Assembly: GCA_964619725.1 (NCBI GenBank) | Contig: CAZUFC010000043.1 | Coordinates: 1 to 60,491 of the forward strand | DNA from: an uncultured bacterium | GTDB lineage: Bacteria > CSSED10-310 > CAZUFC01 | DNA length: 60,491 nt | Direction of reading: 5' to 3' | In this document: one piece after another, positions 19,025 to 27,702 of the stretch | Position numbering within the stretch: the first letter of the stretch is position 1 | Layout: the number at the start of each line of letters is the position of its first letter | Translations under genes and position numbers: made by a program | The notes under the pieces: model-generated | Told to the model about the DNA's origin: nothing | Databases searched by the model: none | What the model saw: only the letters and a program-made list of their open reading frames with translations

Positions 19025-20674
19025 ATGATGAAAACCGTTTTCTGTATAATCATTCTGTTTGTCATTATCAGCGTATGCCGTCACCCGGTTTCCGGGAAGA
19101 ACGGCGACGTCCTGTTTGACGATATTCATCTCCAGTCCGTCGGAAATGCTGATTGGACTGTTGAGGGCGCTTATTCTGACGCCGCCGATCTTCTTCGAAG
19201 GAACGGATATAACGTCTTTTCCGTTTCGCAATTGCAAACTGACCGCAGCAGCATTACATGCGAAATGCTCAAGCGATTTGATGTTTTCATTATTCCTGAA
19301 CCCAATCTAGTTTATGAAAAAAAAGAAATACAAGCCGTTTTGAAATACGTCGACCAAGGCGGCGGATTAATGATGATTGCGGATCACGGCGGATCAGACA
19401 GAAATTTCGACGGTTATGATTCCTGTTTAATTTTGAATGAAATAGCAGGGCATGCCGGATTCGTTTTCAACGGCGATACGCACTCGGCGGCTCCTGTAAA
19501 AGGATGCCGCGTTCCAGGGCATCCCCTTTTAAGGCATGTCGAAAGGGTCGGCGCCTGGGGAGCTGCCTCGATCTCCATTATTTGCCGCGACGGTTCGGTG
19601 CGTCCGGCCATGGGTTTCAGCATTGAAGAGGAGAATGCCTTTTACCTGATTTCCGCTTCTTACGGCCAGGGGAACATTACAGCTATCGGAGACAGTTCTC
19701 CTTTCGACGACGGTACAGGGAAGCCGTACAAGAATTTGCACGATTCTTTCAATTCAATGCTTTTCGATCATGGACAGCTTTTTTACAACATGGTCGCTGT
19801 GGCCCAGGGAGCGCAACGTCCCGTTGAAATCCCCGGAAAAAGCCTTCTCGATGCACAGCAGGCTGCCCCGGATTTTCGGGGAAAAAATGTTCTTGTTGAT
19901 GCGGCGCATGGAAATTCCGATGCCGATAAGTTGACCTCCTGGCAGAATGATCTTCGACAGAATGACTGGAAGGTTTTCTACCGGATGAAACAGCCGCTGA
20001 ACCGGCAATTATTGGATAATTTCAGCGTCCTCGTCGTAACATGTCCCGGACAATTCGTTTATCCCTCAGAAGTCAAGTCAGTCGAATCCTGGGTTCTTGA
20101 CGGCGGGAATCTGCTTATGGCAGGGTCGAGGGATTCCAATAAGTTATGCTGCCGGGATGCCTTAAACTCATTTCTGATTGCTCTGGAGACGCCTTTCCTT
20201 TTCAATTCCGATTCAGTGTGGGATGATCATTCCAATACTGGAAAGCCCTGGGGCGTGATAATTAAAAACCTCAAAGGAACTCACGATGAAGAGGGAATTC
20301 ATCGGATCATCAGTTGGGGCGGATGTTCGTTGATGAGCAGAACTCGTGAAAAACTGTTGCGGAAGCATGAGCATCTTATCCTTGAATTCGGAAACGAAGA
20401 AACATACAATATTGAAGGTGATCGTAATCAGGATGCCGTGATTTACGATTGCGGCTCATCTCTGCCTCTGGCCGCGATTGTCGATAAGGGAAAAGGAAGA
20501 GTTCTGGCTGTGGGAGCGACGCATTTTTCCGATTACCAGTATCCGGGCAGCGATGTATATCCTCATGTATATGAGAAGATCGATCATCAGACGCCTCAGT
20601 GGAATCTGAAACTGTTTGAAATTTTGACGGATCGAAAAATGAAAAGAACCGTCAGGGAGAAAGAAATTGAATAA
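19025..20674 (+). CDS. Secreted protein with duplicated class-I GATase-like/DUF4350-like domains
   Basis: Signal peptide; LFDD.H....ADW...GAYSD.A..L, FDVFIIPEPN, GGGLMMIADHGGSDRN, IGDSSPFDDGTG; second copy starts VLVDAAHGN. Confidence 0.7.
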   Translation: MMKTVFCIIILFVIISVCRHPVSGKNGDVLFDDIHLQSVGNADWTVEGAYSDAADLLRRNGYNVFSVSQLQTDRSSITCEMLKRFDVFIIPEPNLVYEKKEIQAVLKYVDQGGGLMMIADHGGSDRNFDGYDSCLILNEIAGHAGFVFNGDTHSAAPVKGCRVPGHPLLRHVERVGAWGAASISIICRDGSVRPAMGFSIEEENAFYLISASYGQGNITAIGDSSPFDDGTGKPYKNLHDSFNSMLFDHGQLFYNMVAVAQGAQRPVEIPGKSLLDAQQAAPDFRGKNVLVDAAHGNSDADKLTSWQNDLRQNDWKVFYRMKQPLNRQLLDNFSVLVVTCPGQFVYPSEVKSVESWVLDGGNLLMAGSRDSNKLCCRDALNSFLIALETPFLFNSDSVWDDHSNTGKPWGVIIKNLKGTHDEEGIHRIISWGGCSLMSRTREKLLRKHEHLILEFGNEETYNIEGDRNQDAVIYDCGSSLPLAAIVDKGKGRVLAVGATHFSDYQYPGSDVYPHVYEKIDHQTPQWNLKLFEILTDRKMKRTVREKEIE

Positions 20675-21581
20675 AAGAGGTTTGAAGTACAAAGCCGGAC
20701 TTTTACAGAGGAAATATGATTTTTATGCTTACCTGTTCCTGCTGCCGACTTTTCTCGTCTTGTTCACCTTCAGAATTTTTCCGATTTTTCTGGCTCTGAC
20801 GCTGAGTTTCTTCAAATGGGATTTAATCGGAGAGCCCTCTTTTACAGGAATAGCTCAATTTGCAAAGCTTCACAGTGATCCTCTCTACTGGAAATCGATC
20901 CGGAACACCATTTATTACGCGATCGGGACGGTGCCGTTGAACATTTTTTTCGCCTTATTCATAGCATTGCTTTTGAACAAGAGGATAAAAGGAATCGGGA
21001 CTTACCGGACTATATATTTCATCCCGGTGATAACGTCTGTGAATGCGGTTTCGATCGTCTGGAAGTGGATATACAACCAGGACCCTTCTTACGGGGTGCT
21101 GAACCAAATTCTCGGCATTGCGGGAGTGCCGCCTCAGAAGTGGTTACTGGACCCGGCGCTGGCTATGCCGTGCATCATCGTCATGAGCGTCTGGAAGGGT
21201 TTGGGCTACAATGTGATTATTTTTCTGACGGGTTTGAAAAATATCCCGCGGCATTTGTATGAAGCGGCAATCGTTGACGGCGCAAGCCGTTTTCAGCAAT
21301 TCAGAAAAATAACCTGGCCCCTGTTGACCCCTGTCACATTTTTCATTCTCATCATGTCGACCATAGGATCCTTCCAGGTTTTTTCGCAAATCTATATGAT
21401 GACGCCTATGGGCGGTCCTATGAACAGTACTTCGGTAATCGTGTTTTATCTGTACAAGGCGGCTTTCAGCGATTTCAAGTTCGGATATGCTTCGGCCATG
21501 GCTTTTGAGTTGTTTCTGATGATATTTACCTTGACGATTATTCAGAAGTTCGTCATAGAAAAACGAGTTCACTATCAGTAA
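20667..21581 (+). CDS. Carbohydrate (CUT1) ABC transporter permease 1 (UgpA/MalF-like)
   Basis: EAA loop LYEAAIVDGASRFQQFRKITWPLL; about six TM segments; start codon uncertain (TTG). Confidence 0.92.
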   Translation: MNKRGLKYKAGLLQRKYDFYAYLFLLPTFLVLFTFRIFPIFLALTLSFFKWDLIGEPSFTGIAQFAKLHSDPLYWKSIRNTIYYAIGTVPLNIFFALFIALLLNKRIKGIGTYRTIYFIPVITSVNAVSIVWKWIYNQDPSYGVLNQILGIAGVPPQKWLLDPALAMPCIIVMSVWKGLGYNVIIFLTGLKNIPRHLYEAAIVDGASRFQQFRKITWPLLTPVTFFILIMSTIGSFQVFSQIYMMTPMGGPMNSTSVIVFYLYKAAFSDFKFGYASAMAFELFLMIFTLTIIQKFVIEKRVHYQ

Positions 21582-21593
21582 TAAGGAAGTGAA

Positions 21594-22430
21594 ATGGAAG
21601 CAGTAAAACCTTCTTTGGATTTATCGAGAGCGTTAACGCATTTGCTTTTGGTAATCGGCGCTTTTATCATGCTTTTTCCGTTTATCTGGATGGTTTCTAC
21701 CTCGTTGAAGGGGCCGGCGGAAATTCTGTCGGGCAGTCTTAACATTGTTCCAAAGGAATGGCGATGGGAGAATTATCCGGAAGCCTGGCAGGCTCAACCG
21801 TTCGGACGTTATTTTCTGAATACCATTATAATAGCCGTATCCACGACTGTTTTACAGCTTACCATCTCGGCAATGGCTGCTTACGCGTTCGCTTTTTTCC
21901 GTTTTCCATTTAAAAACGCTATCTTTTTCACTTTACTGGGAACCATGATGATCCCTCAGCAGGCCTTGCTCATTCCTGATTACATTATACTAGCGAAGTT
22001 CAGGCTGATCGACACTTATGCAGCCTTGATCATACCCTGGTGTACAAGCGTTTATGCGATTTTTTTCATGCGGCAGTTTTTTCTGACTTTGCCCAAGGAC
22101 TTGTATGATGCGGCTGTTGTAGACGGCTGCGGTCGTTTCAGTTTCTTCTGGCGCATCTTAATACCTCTTTCCAAGCCGCCGCTGGTTACCCTCGGGATTT
22201 TTACCTTTTTGGGGAGCTGGAATTCTTTTATCTGGCCGCTGATCGTCACCAACTCAAAATCGCTGCGAGTCCTTCAGGTGGGACTGGCTTATTTTCTGCA
22301 AGAGTCCGGGACAGAATGGGGATTGTTGATGGCGGCTTCCACTTTCAGCATAGTTCCATTAATAATCGGATATTTTATCGCTCAAAAGAAATTCGTAGAA
22401 ACTTCGGCCACCACAGGCCTGAAATTCTAG
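21594..22430 (+). CDS. Carbohydrate (CUT1) ABC transporter permease 2 (UgpE/MalG-like)
   Basis: LYDAAVVDGCG...FWRILIPLSKP, FLGSWNSFIWPLIV, WGLLMAAS. Confidence 0.92.
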   Translation: MEAVKPSLDLSRALTHLLLVIGAFIMLFPFIWMVSTSLKGPAEILSGSLNIVPKEWRWENYPEAWQAQPFGRYFLNTIIIAVSTTVLQLTISAMAAYAFAFFRFPFKNAIFFTLLGTMMIPQQALLIPDYIILAKFRLIDTYAALIIPWCTSVYAIFFMRQFFLTLPKDLYDAAVVDGCGRFSFFWRILIPLSKPPLVTLGIFTFLGSWNSFIWPLIVTNSKSLRVLQVGLAYFLQESGTEWGLLMAASTFSIVPLIIGYFIAQKKFVETSATTGLKF

Positions 22431-22462
22431 CCGGCAAATTGCCGGCAAGGAGAGGGACTCCT

Positions 22463-23755
22463 ATGTTAATGAAGTATTTATTTTATGCCCTAGTTTTGTC
22501 TGTATCGTTTCACCTTTGCGGTTGCGGCGCCGGCGACGAAAATGATTCTGAATACGGAGACAGAACAAGAGTGGTTTTCTGGCACGCTATGGGCGGTCCT
22601 CTGGGAAAAGTCCTGGAATCCATGATCGACGACTTCAACAAAACTCATCCTCAGATTTACGTCAAAGGCGTCTCCATGGGGCAGTACGATACACTGGAAA
22701 AGAAAATACTGGCTTCCGTCGTCGCGCGGGAATCTCCTGATATTTCGCAGAATTTCGAGACTTTGACGTTAAGGCTGGCCAGGGCGAAAAAATTGGCCAG
22801 ATTGGATGATTTAATGGGCGATGAAGCTGAAGAAATCAAATCGGACATTATACCTATTCTTTTAGAGAACAATACATTCGACGGAAAATTATGGTCGTTC
22901 CCGTTTAATAAAAGCGTACCGGTTCTCTATTACAACAAGGAACTGTTCCGAAATGCCGGTCTCGATCCGGAAAGTCCTCCGGAAACCGTGTGGGAATTGC
23001 TGGATTATGCGCGTAAATTGACGGAAGACCATGATGGAGACGGCCGACCGGAAATCTGGGGGTATGCTTTTCAGCAGAGAAACGCATGGAATTTTGAATG
23101 CAGGCTTTTGCAATTCGGCGGAAGATTGATAGAAAAAAATAGAAATGCCGTATCCTACAACAGTGATTGGGGAGTAGAAACTTTGAACTTTTACCTCTCA
23201 TTCCTGAAGGAGAATCTGGGGTATACCGTTCCCGGATATGAACATCAGAATGATTTTATAGCTCAGAAAGTGGCTATGATTGAAAGTTCAATCGTTTCAC
23301 GAGTATACATGCTCAAAAATATTGACTTCGATTTCGGCGTCGCTCCGCTTCCTGCTGCTCATGAAAAAGCGGTCGTCATATCGGGAACCAACATCAACAT
23401 TTTCGACAATCATTCCGAAGAAAAGATCAAGGGAGCCTGGGAATTCGTCAGGTGGTTCACCGATACGGAGCAGCAGGTCAGGTGGAGTCTTGAAACGACC
23501 TATATTCCGGTAAGGCAATCAAGTCTGGAGCATCCCGGCATGATTGAAGCTTTTGACAAGGACCCCAGTTTGAAAGCGCCTTACGTTCAATTGGAATACG
23601 CTCAATTCGAACCGCGACTGACTTCATGGTACGACTGCAGAAACAGACTCAGCGCCGCTTTGGAACAATGTTACATCTCGGTATGCGAGCCAAAGGAAAC
23701 ATTAGACCGGGTCGTCGTTGAAATCAATGATATATTAGCTTCTTCAGAGGAATAA
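22463..23755 (+). CDS. ABC transporter substrate-binding lipoprotein (UgpB-like)
   Basis: Start moved to ATG 22463 after AGGAGAGG; lipobox-like LCGC; VFWHAMGG, PFNKS.PVLYYNKELF..AGLDP, GAWEFVRW. Confidence 0.9.
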   Translation: MLMKYLFYALVLSVSFHLCGCGAGDENDSEYGDRTRVVFWHAMGGPLGKVLESMIDDFNKTHPQIYVKGVSMGQYDTLEKKILASVVARESPDISQNFETLTLRLARAKKLARLDDLMGDEAEEIKSDIIPILLENNTFDGKLWSFPFNKSVPVLYYNKELFRNAGLDPESPPETVWELLDYARKLTEDHDGDGRPEIWGYAFQQRNAWNFECRLLQFGGRLIEKNRNAVSYNSDWGVETLNFYLSFLKENLGYTVPGYEHQNDFIAQKVAMIESSIVSRVYMLKNIDFDFGVAPLPAAHEKAVVISGTNINIFDNHSEEKIKGAWEFVRWFTDTEQQVRWSLETTYIPVRQSSLEHPGMIEAFDKDPSLKAPYVQLEYAQFEPRLTSWYDCRNRLSAALEQCYISVCEPKETLDRVVVEINDILASSEE

Positions 23756-23759
23756 ACCT

Positions 23760-24746
23760 ATGCATGATCTTGACAAAATAATTGATTTTCTTTCTTCCCA
23801 TGACAAGTTTATCGTTACGGCTCACGTTAGACCCGACGGCGATGCCGTGGGCAGCGTCGCAGGACTTTGTCGCTCTATGAGAAAAACAGGAAAAACCGTA
23901 CATGTCTGCATCAATTCAGACATCTCGGATACCTTTGCAAAATACCTTGATGACGAAACCATGCTCTCAGCGGAAGACCTCACCAAACCGCCCGTTCATT
24001 ATGACGGCATAATAGCGCTGGACAGCGGCGATTTCGATCGGACGGGCGTGGAAGATGAATTGAAAGCCATGGAACTTCCTGTCATTAATATCGATCACCA
24101 TCCCACCAATCCTCTCTATGGAAATATGAACCTGGTAAAAGTAACGGCTTCCTCAACATCTGAAATTATCACAATGATTCTGAAAAAAGGCGGCTTTCCA
24201 TTCGATTTGGAAGTCGCCGAACCTCTTTACCTGGGTATTCTTACAGATTCAGGCTTTTTCCAGAACGATTCGCTCAATCCGGAGACCTTCCGCGTTATCG
24301 CTGAACTCCTGGAAGCCGGCGTCGACCCCGCCCCCATTATCTCTGGAATAAGACAGAATAAATCTATCCAGGACATCCGGGCCCTCGGCCTGGGTCTGTC
24401 CAAGGCTCAATTTGCCCACGAAGGTAAAATTGTCTATACAGTCCTGAATTACCATGAGCTGGAAGCTCTGGGCGCCGTTCCTCAAAATTGCTGGAATGGA
24501 GGTCTTTTCAGGCAATTGAACGTCATCGGAAATGCCTACGTAGCCGTCACATTTATTGAAGACCAGGACGGGACGGTCTTTTGCGAGTTTCGCTCAAAAT
24601 ATAACACAGATGTCAAAAATATCGCCGTGCACTTCGGCGGAGGTGGACATCATTCCGCCTCAGGTTGCTCGCAAAAAAAGCCCGTTGACGAATTTAAAAA
24701 TGAAGTCCTGGATTTCGTCGCCATGAGTCTGGAACAAACTCATTAG
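23760..24746 (+). CDS. nrnA: DHH/DHHA1 bifunctional oligoribonuclease / pAp phosphatase
   Basis: H.RPDGDAVGS, LDSG, NIDHH, GILTDSG.F, GGGGH..ASG. Confidence 0.88.
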   Translation: MHDLDKIIDFLSSHDKFIVTAHVRPDGDAVGSVAGLCRSMRKTGKTVHVCINSDISDTFAKYLDDETMLSAEDLTKPPVHYDGIIALDSGDFDRTGVEDELKAMELPVINIDHHPTNPLYGNMNLVKVTASSTSEIITMILKKGGFPFDLEVAEPLYLGILTDSGFFQNDSLNPETFRVIAELLEAGVDPAPIISGIRQNKSIQDIRALGLGLSKAQFAHEGKIVYTVLNYHELEALGAVPQNCWNGGLFRQLNVIGNAYVAVTFIEDQDGTVFCEFRSKYNTDVKNIAVHFGGGGHHSASGCSQKKPVDEFKNEVLDFVAMSLEQTH

Positions 24747-24798
24747 CGCCTGTCCGTAAATTCACATCCCGATATAAATTTTAACGCTGGACAGCCGC
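24746..24798. mobile_element. 53-bp family B mini inverted-repeat element
   Basis: GCGCCTGTCC...GGACAGCCGC; aligns end to end with 8665-8742 once the 25-bp duplication is removed; overlaps the nrnA TAG stop. Confidence 0.65.
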
Positions 24799-24874
24799 TC
24801 ATTGAGATTTCGTACAGTCAGTTCCGGATGATTACGAAAAGCTTCTTTCTCCCATGCGTTTTTTTGAAATTCAG

Positions 24875-25011
24875 GCATTGATCAAAAATGCGTCTTTTGA
24901 GGTTAAAATTATTCCGAATATCTCATCATTAGGTTTCGATTGCGATACCGATATCGACCCCTTCTGAAACTAACTGTCGAACGCTTTGAAAAAATTTTAT
25001 CCCGGTTTGAC
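24875..25011. mobile_element. Family A MITE-like element without the nested insert
   Basis: TGATCAAAAATGCG...TTAAAATT...CCGAATATC..ATCATT...CTGTC...CGGTTTGA shared with 8590-8817. Confidence 0.6.
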
Positions 25012-25124
25012 ATTCGCAATAAATGTGCAGGGGACTGAAATTCCGCTGCCCCATGCTGAACGTAGAAGTGTACTGAATCAGAGGCGATCAGGATGTGGTT
25101 GAATTCTGGTCGGGCGTTAATGAT

Positions 25125-25182
25125 AAGGGACCAAGGGACCTAAGGGACCTAAGGGACTTAAGGGACTTAAGGGACCTAAGGG
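25125..25182 (+). repeat. 9-bp tandem repeat (AAGGGACYT), about 6.5 units
   Basis: Five full 9-mers with partial units at both ends. Confidence 0.95.
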
Positions 25183-25567
25183 CCGCCGGGAACATAAAAT
25201 TATTTGTATAAGCAAAACCGTCGACTGAAAATTAACCTTCTTAAGAAAGAAACGGAATTTTTGGACTGCTTGGACCGGGGTAGCAGTTTCTCATAAAACC
25301 TTTGACATATTGCAATGAAAAAAAGAACTGCGGTATCCATTAACATCTACAGCAGAACGCTTCAAAAATTTCGACACTCCATTATTTTTGATCCCGCACA
25401 GCCTCTGTCGGGAATCGGAGTCGGTATCGGCATCTCAATTGTAAATATAAAGAACGTGTCCAATTGAACTATGGCGTCAAGAGTGTGTAATAGTCAGTTT
25501 TCTAAGGAGGATTTAATGGCGTCAATGTTTTGAGGTAAATGTAACCTGTGTTTGATCAGTCCCGAAA

Positions 25568-25658
25568 TTCAAAAAATTTGAAATTAAGAATATAATAAAA
25601 ATAATAGGTTATGGAATGAGTTCAAAAAATTTGAATTTTTTTCAAATTTTTTGACCCT
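25568..25658. promoter_or_regulatory. Putative enhancer/operator cluster: three TTCAAA-N3-TTTGA(A/C) dyads
   Basis: Dyads at 25568, 25621 and 25641; 37 bp (25622-25658) identical to 49741-49777; about 200 bp upstream of a sigma-54 promoter. Confidence 0.7.
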
Positions 25659-25860
25659 CGGTGGCGTTTTGCAGGTATAGCTGAGATAAAAACCTGTTTT
25701 ATGCGAGTTTGAGGATTTAAACATAAGATTAATCCGGTCGCCTCACTATTTTGTCATACATTCATAAAATAATACCATATAATAACTTAGAAGAAATTTT
25801 TACAGATATAATTTTGATTTTCACAGGTTGAGACGAAATTTTCGTTTAAATTTTGCATTC

Positions 25861-25876
25861 TGGCACAGAGCTTGCT
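25861..25876 (+). promoter_or_regulatory. Sigma-54 (-24/-12) promoter of comEA-ssb
   Basis: TGGCAC-AGAGC-TTGCT matches TGGCAC-N5-TTGC; GG-N10-GC spacing. Confidence 0.85.
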
Positions 25877-25963
25877 CAGTAGAAGAACGAATTCTTGATC
25901 AAGCCGGCTGAAAGATCAAAGATCAATCAACATCAATTTAGACTCAATTTAGGAGGTAGTAGA

Positions 25964-26272
25964 ATGAGCAGAAGAATTTTAACAAGCGTAACGTTGGTAC
26001 TGATAATAGCGGGGATTCTGGTTCCTCAGTTGCATGGGGCTTCCAGTGCAGTTCCGGAAACGCCGGTAGACATCAACACGGCAGGATTGAATGAATTGTG
26101 CACATTGCCTTACATCGGACCGGCCAAAGCGCAGGCGATAATCGATTACCGCGAATCATCCGGCGCATTCGACTCGGTCGAGGGAATAATGAACGTGAAG
26201 GGTATAGGCGAGAAAACGTTCCTGAAGATCAAGGACCACATAACGGTCGGTGAGGTACAAAAAGCGGAATAA
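25964..26272 (+). CDS. comEA: ComEA-family helix-hairpin-helix DNA-binding/uptake protein
   Basis: AGGAGGT RBS before ATG 25964; signal/TM; VDINTA...L.TLPYIGPAKAQAIIDYR...GAF.SVE...VKGIGEKT..KIKD. Confidence 0.9.
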   Translation: MSRRILTSVTLVLIIAGILVPQLHGASSAVPETPVDINTAGLNELCTLPYIGPAKAQAIIDYRESSGAFDSVEGIMNVKGIGEKTFLKIKDHITVGEVQKAE

Positions 26273-26287
26273 ATCCGTAGCGAAACG

Positions 26288-26322
26288 GAACGGGGGAGCG
26301 AAAAGCGCTCCCTCGTTTCTTT
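26288..26322 (+). terminator. Hairpin / possible terminator or attenuator between comEA and ssb
   Basis: AACG.GGGAGCG-AAAAG-CGCTCCC.CGTT followed by TCTTT. Confidence 0.55.
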
Positions 26323-26372
26323 GAGATGATTTTGAATCAGATTCGAAGGAATAAAAAGCCTGGAGGATAAAA

Positions 26373-26705
26373 ATGATGATAAATACAGCGACTTTAGTCG
26401 GTTACCTGGCGGACGATCCTATGATCAGACCTCTAAGCGACGACAACAAGCTGGCGAAGTTTCGTCTGGGGTGCAACGAATATTGGACGAACAAAAACGG
26501 TGAGAAGGTTGAGCGGACGCACTGGATCAATTGCACAGCATTCGGGAAACTGGCTGAATTTTGTTCGGACAGACTTAAGAAGGGATTAAGGGTAGGGGTA
26601 ACCGGCAGGTTGAATTTCAACAGATGGGAGAAAGAGGGACAGGTACGAACGAATGTTGAAATAAAGGTTCAGGACCTGTTGATTCTAACGCCGTTGAAGA
26701 GCTGA
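26373..26705 (+). CDS. ssb: Single-stranded DNA-binding protein, short form without acidic C-terminal tail
   Basis: N.ATLVG.L..DP, ERTHWINC.AFGKLAE, LKKG..V.V.GRL...W; GGAGG RBS; ends LTPLKS. Confidence 0.92.
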   Translation: MMINTATLVGYLADDPMIRPLSDDNKLAKFRLGCNEYWTNKNGEKVERTHWINCTAFGKLAEFCSDRLKKGLRVGVTGRLNFNRWEKEGQVRTNVEIKVQDLLILTPLKS

Positions 26706-26747
26706 AGACCTGAACGAAAGCAGGAAGGCCCACGGCGGAGTTGCTTA

Positions 26748-27416
26748 TTACTTTTGAGATTTTTCAGCTTCAGTTTTAACGGATTCCAGAATTTCGACCA
26801 GGCTGGATTTGGTTAACCATTTCATGATGAAACCGGGTATCCAACGTCCAGCCTCAACTTTAGCTTGATAATAGACCCGGCATACATTTTCGCCTTCGGG
26901 AAGGACCAGCCAGCATCCCACCGTATCGGCATAGTCGTTTTTTTGGGATTTATCGAGCTCCCAGGTGAGAAAATAATCATCCTTATGAATATAATGACGA
27001 ACGTGATAACAGATATCGATGAAGATGAAACCAGCGTTGTATTTGACGGAAATGATCTTCAAATCGTTTTTTGTTTTGAGTTTCTCTTCGTAGACTTCCG
27101 CAGATTCAATTTTTTCCATGAATTCAGGATAGCGCGGATAATCGGTAATAATATTCCAGATTTTATCAGCGGGCGCGTGGACCTTGATCATTCCTATACC
27201 TTCGCCCCAGAGCGGTTTTTCATAAATGGCCGTTTTACAGATGACTTGTCCCTTCTCATACAATTCCATTTCCTGGTCAGACCAGTAATTCGTATCAGGT
27301 TTGTCCTGAATTCTTTCAAGCTTGAAAGAGTCCGGATGATAACCGCCTTCGCAAAGAACGGGGCATATTGCCGTGAATGCCGCAAGCAGAATAATCATGT
27401 TTTCGCTTTTTTGCAT
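26748..27416 (-). CDS. SRPBCC/START (polyketide cyclase-like) domain protein, exported
   Basis: Signal peptide; V.APADKIWNIITDY..YPEFM; G.W...P......V.Y...V.....IPGFI. Confidence 0.8.
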   Translation of the reverse strand: MQKSENMIILLAAFTAICPVLCEGGYHPDSFKLERIQDKPDTNYWSDQEMELYEKGQVICKTAIYEKPLWGEGIGMIKVHAPADKIWNIITDYPRYPEFMEKIESAEVYEEKLKTKNDLKIISVKYNAGFIFIDICYHVRHYIHKDDYFLTWELDKSQKNDYADTVGCWLVLPEGENVCRVYYQAKVEAGRWIPGFIMKWLTKSSLVEILESVKTEAEKSQK

Positions 27417-27702
27417 TTTGTGTCTCCTTTCAGGTTGCCTGCTGCATGTCAGCAGATGGGAAGAATCTCCATAATTTTACCATGAAGGAAAAATTAAACA
27501 ACAAGGGATTCGTTCTCTATTTGATGGAGAATTGGATTGCTTCCGGGGGGACAGGAAGGAGAAACCATAATGGTATTGGGGAGGGATAAAGGGAGCGAAA
27601 AAATAAATTTTACCGGAAAGGCCGGTATGTACTTTTCACAGAAGCTGCTGAAGAGTAACATTAAAACGGCTCAGCGCCCGGCGAATTTTTGGAGAATGAA
27701 AG

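Noticed and set aside
25125-25182. CRISPR array
   Set aside because: Contiguous 9-bp units with no spacers; no cas genes in the window
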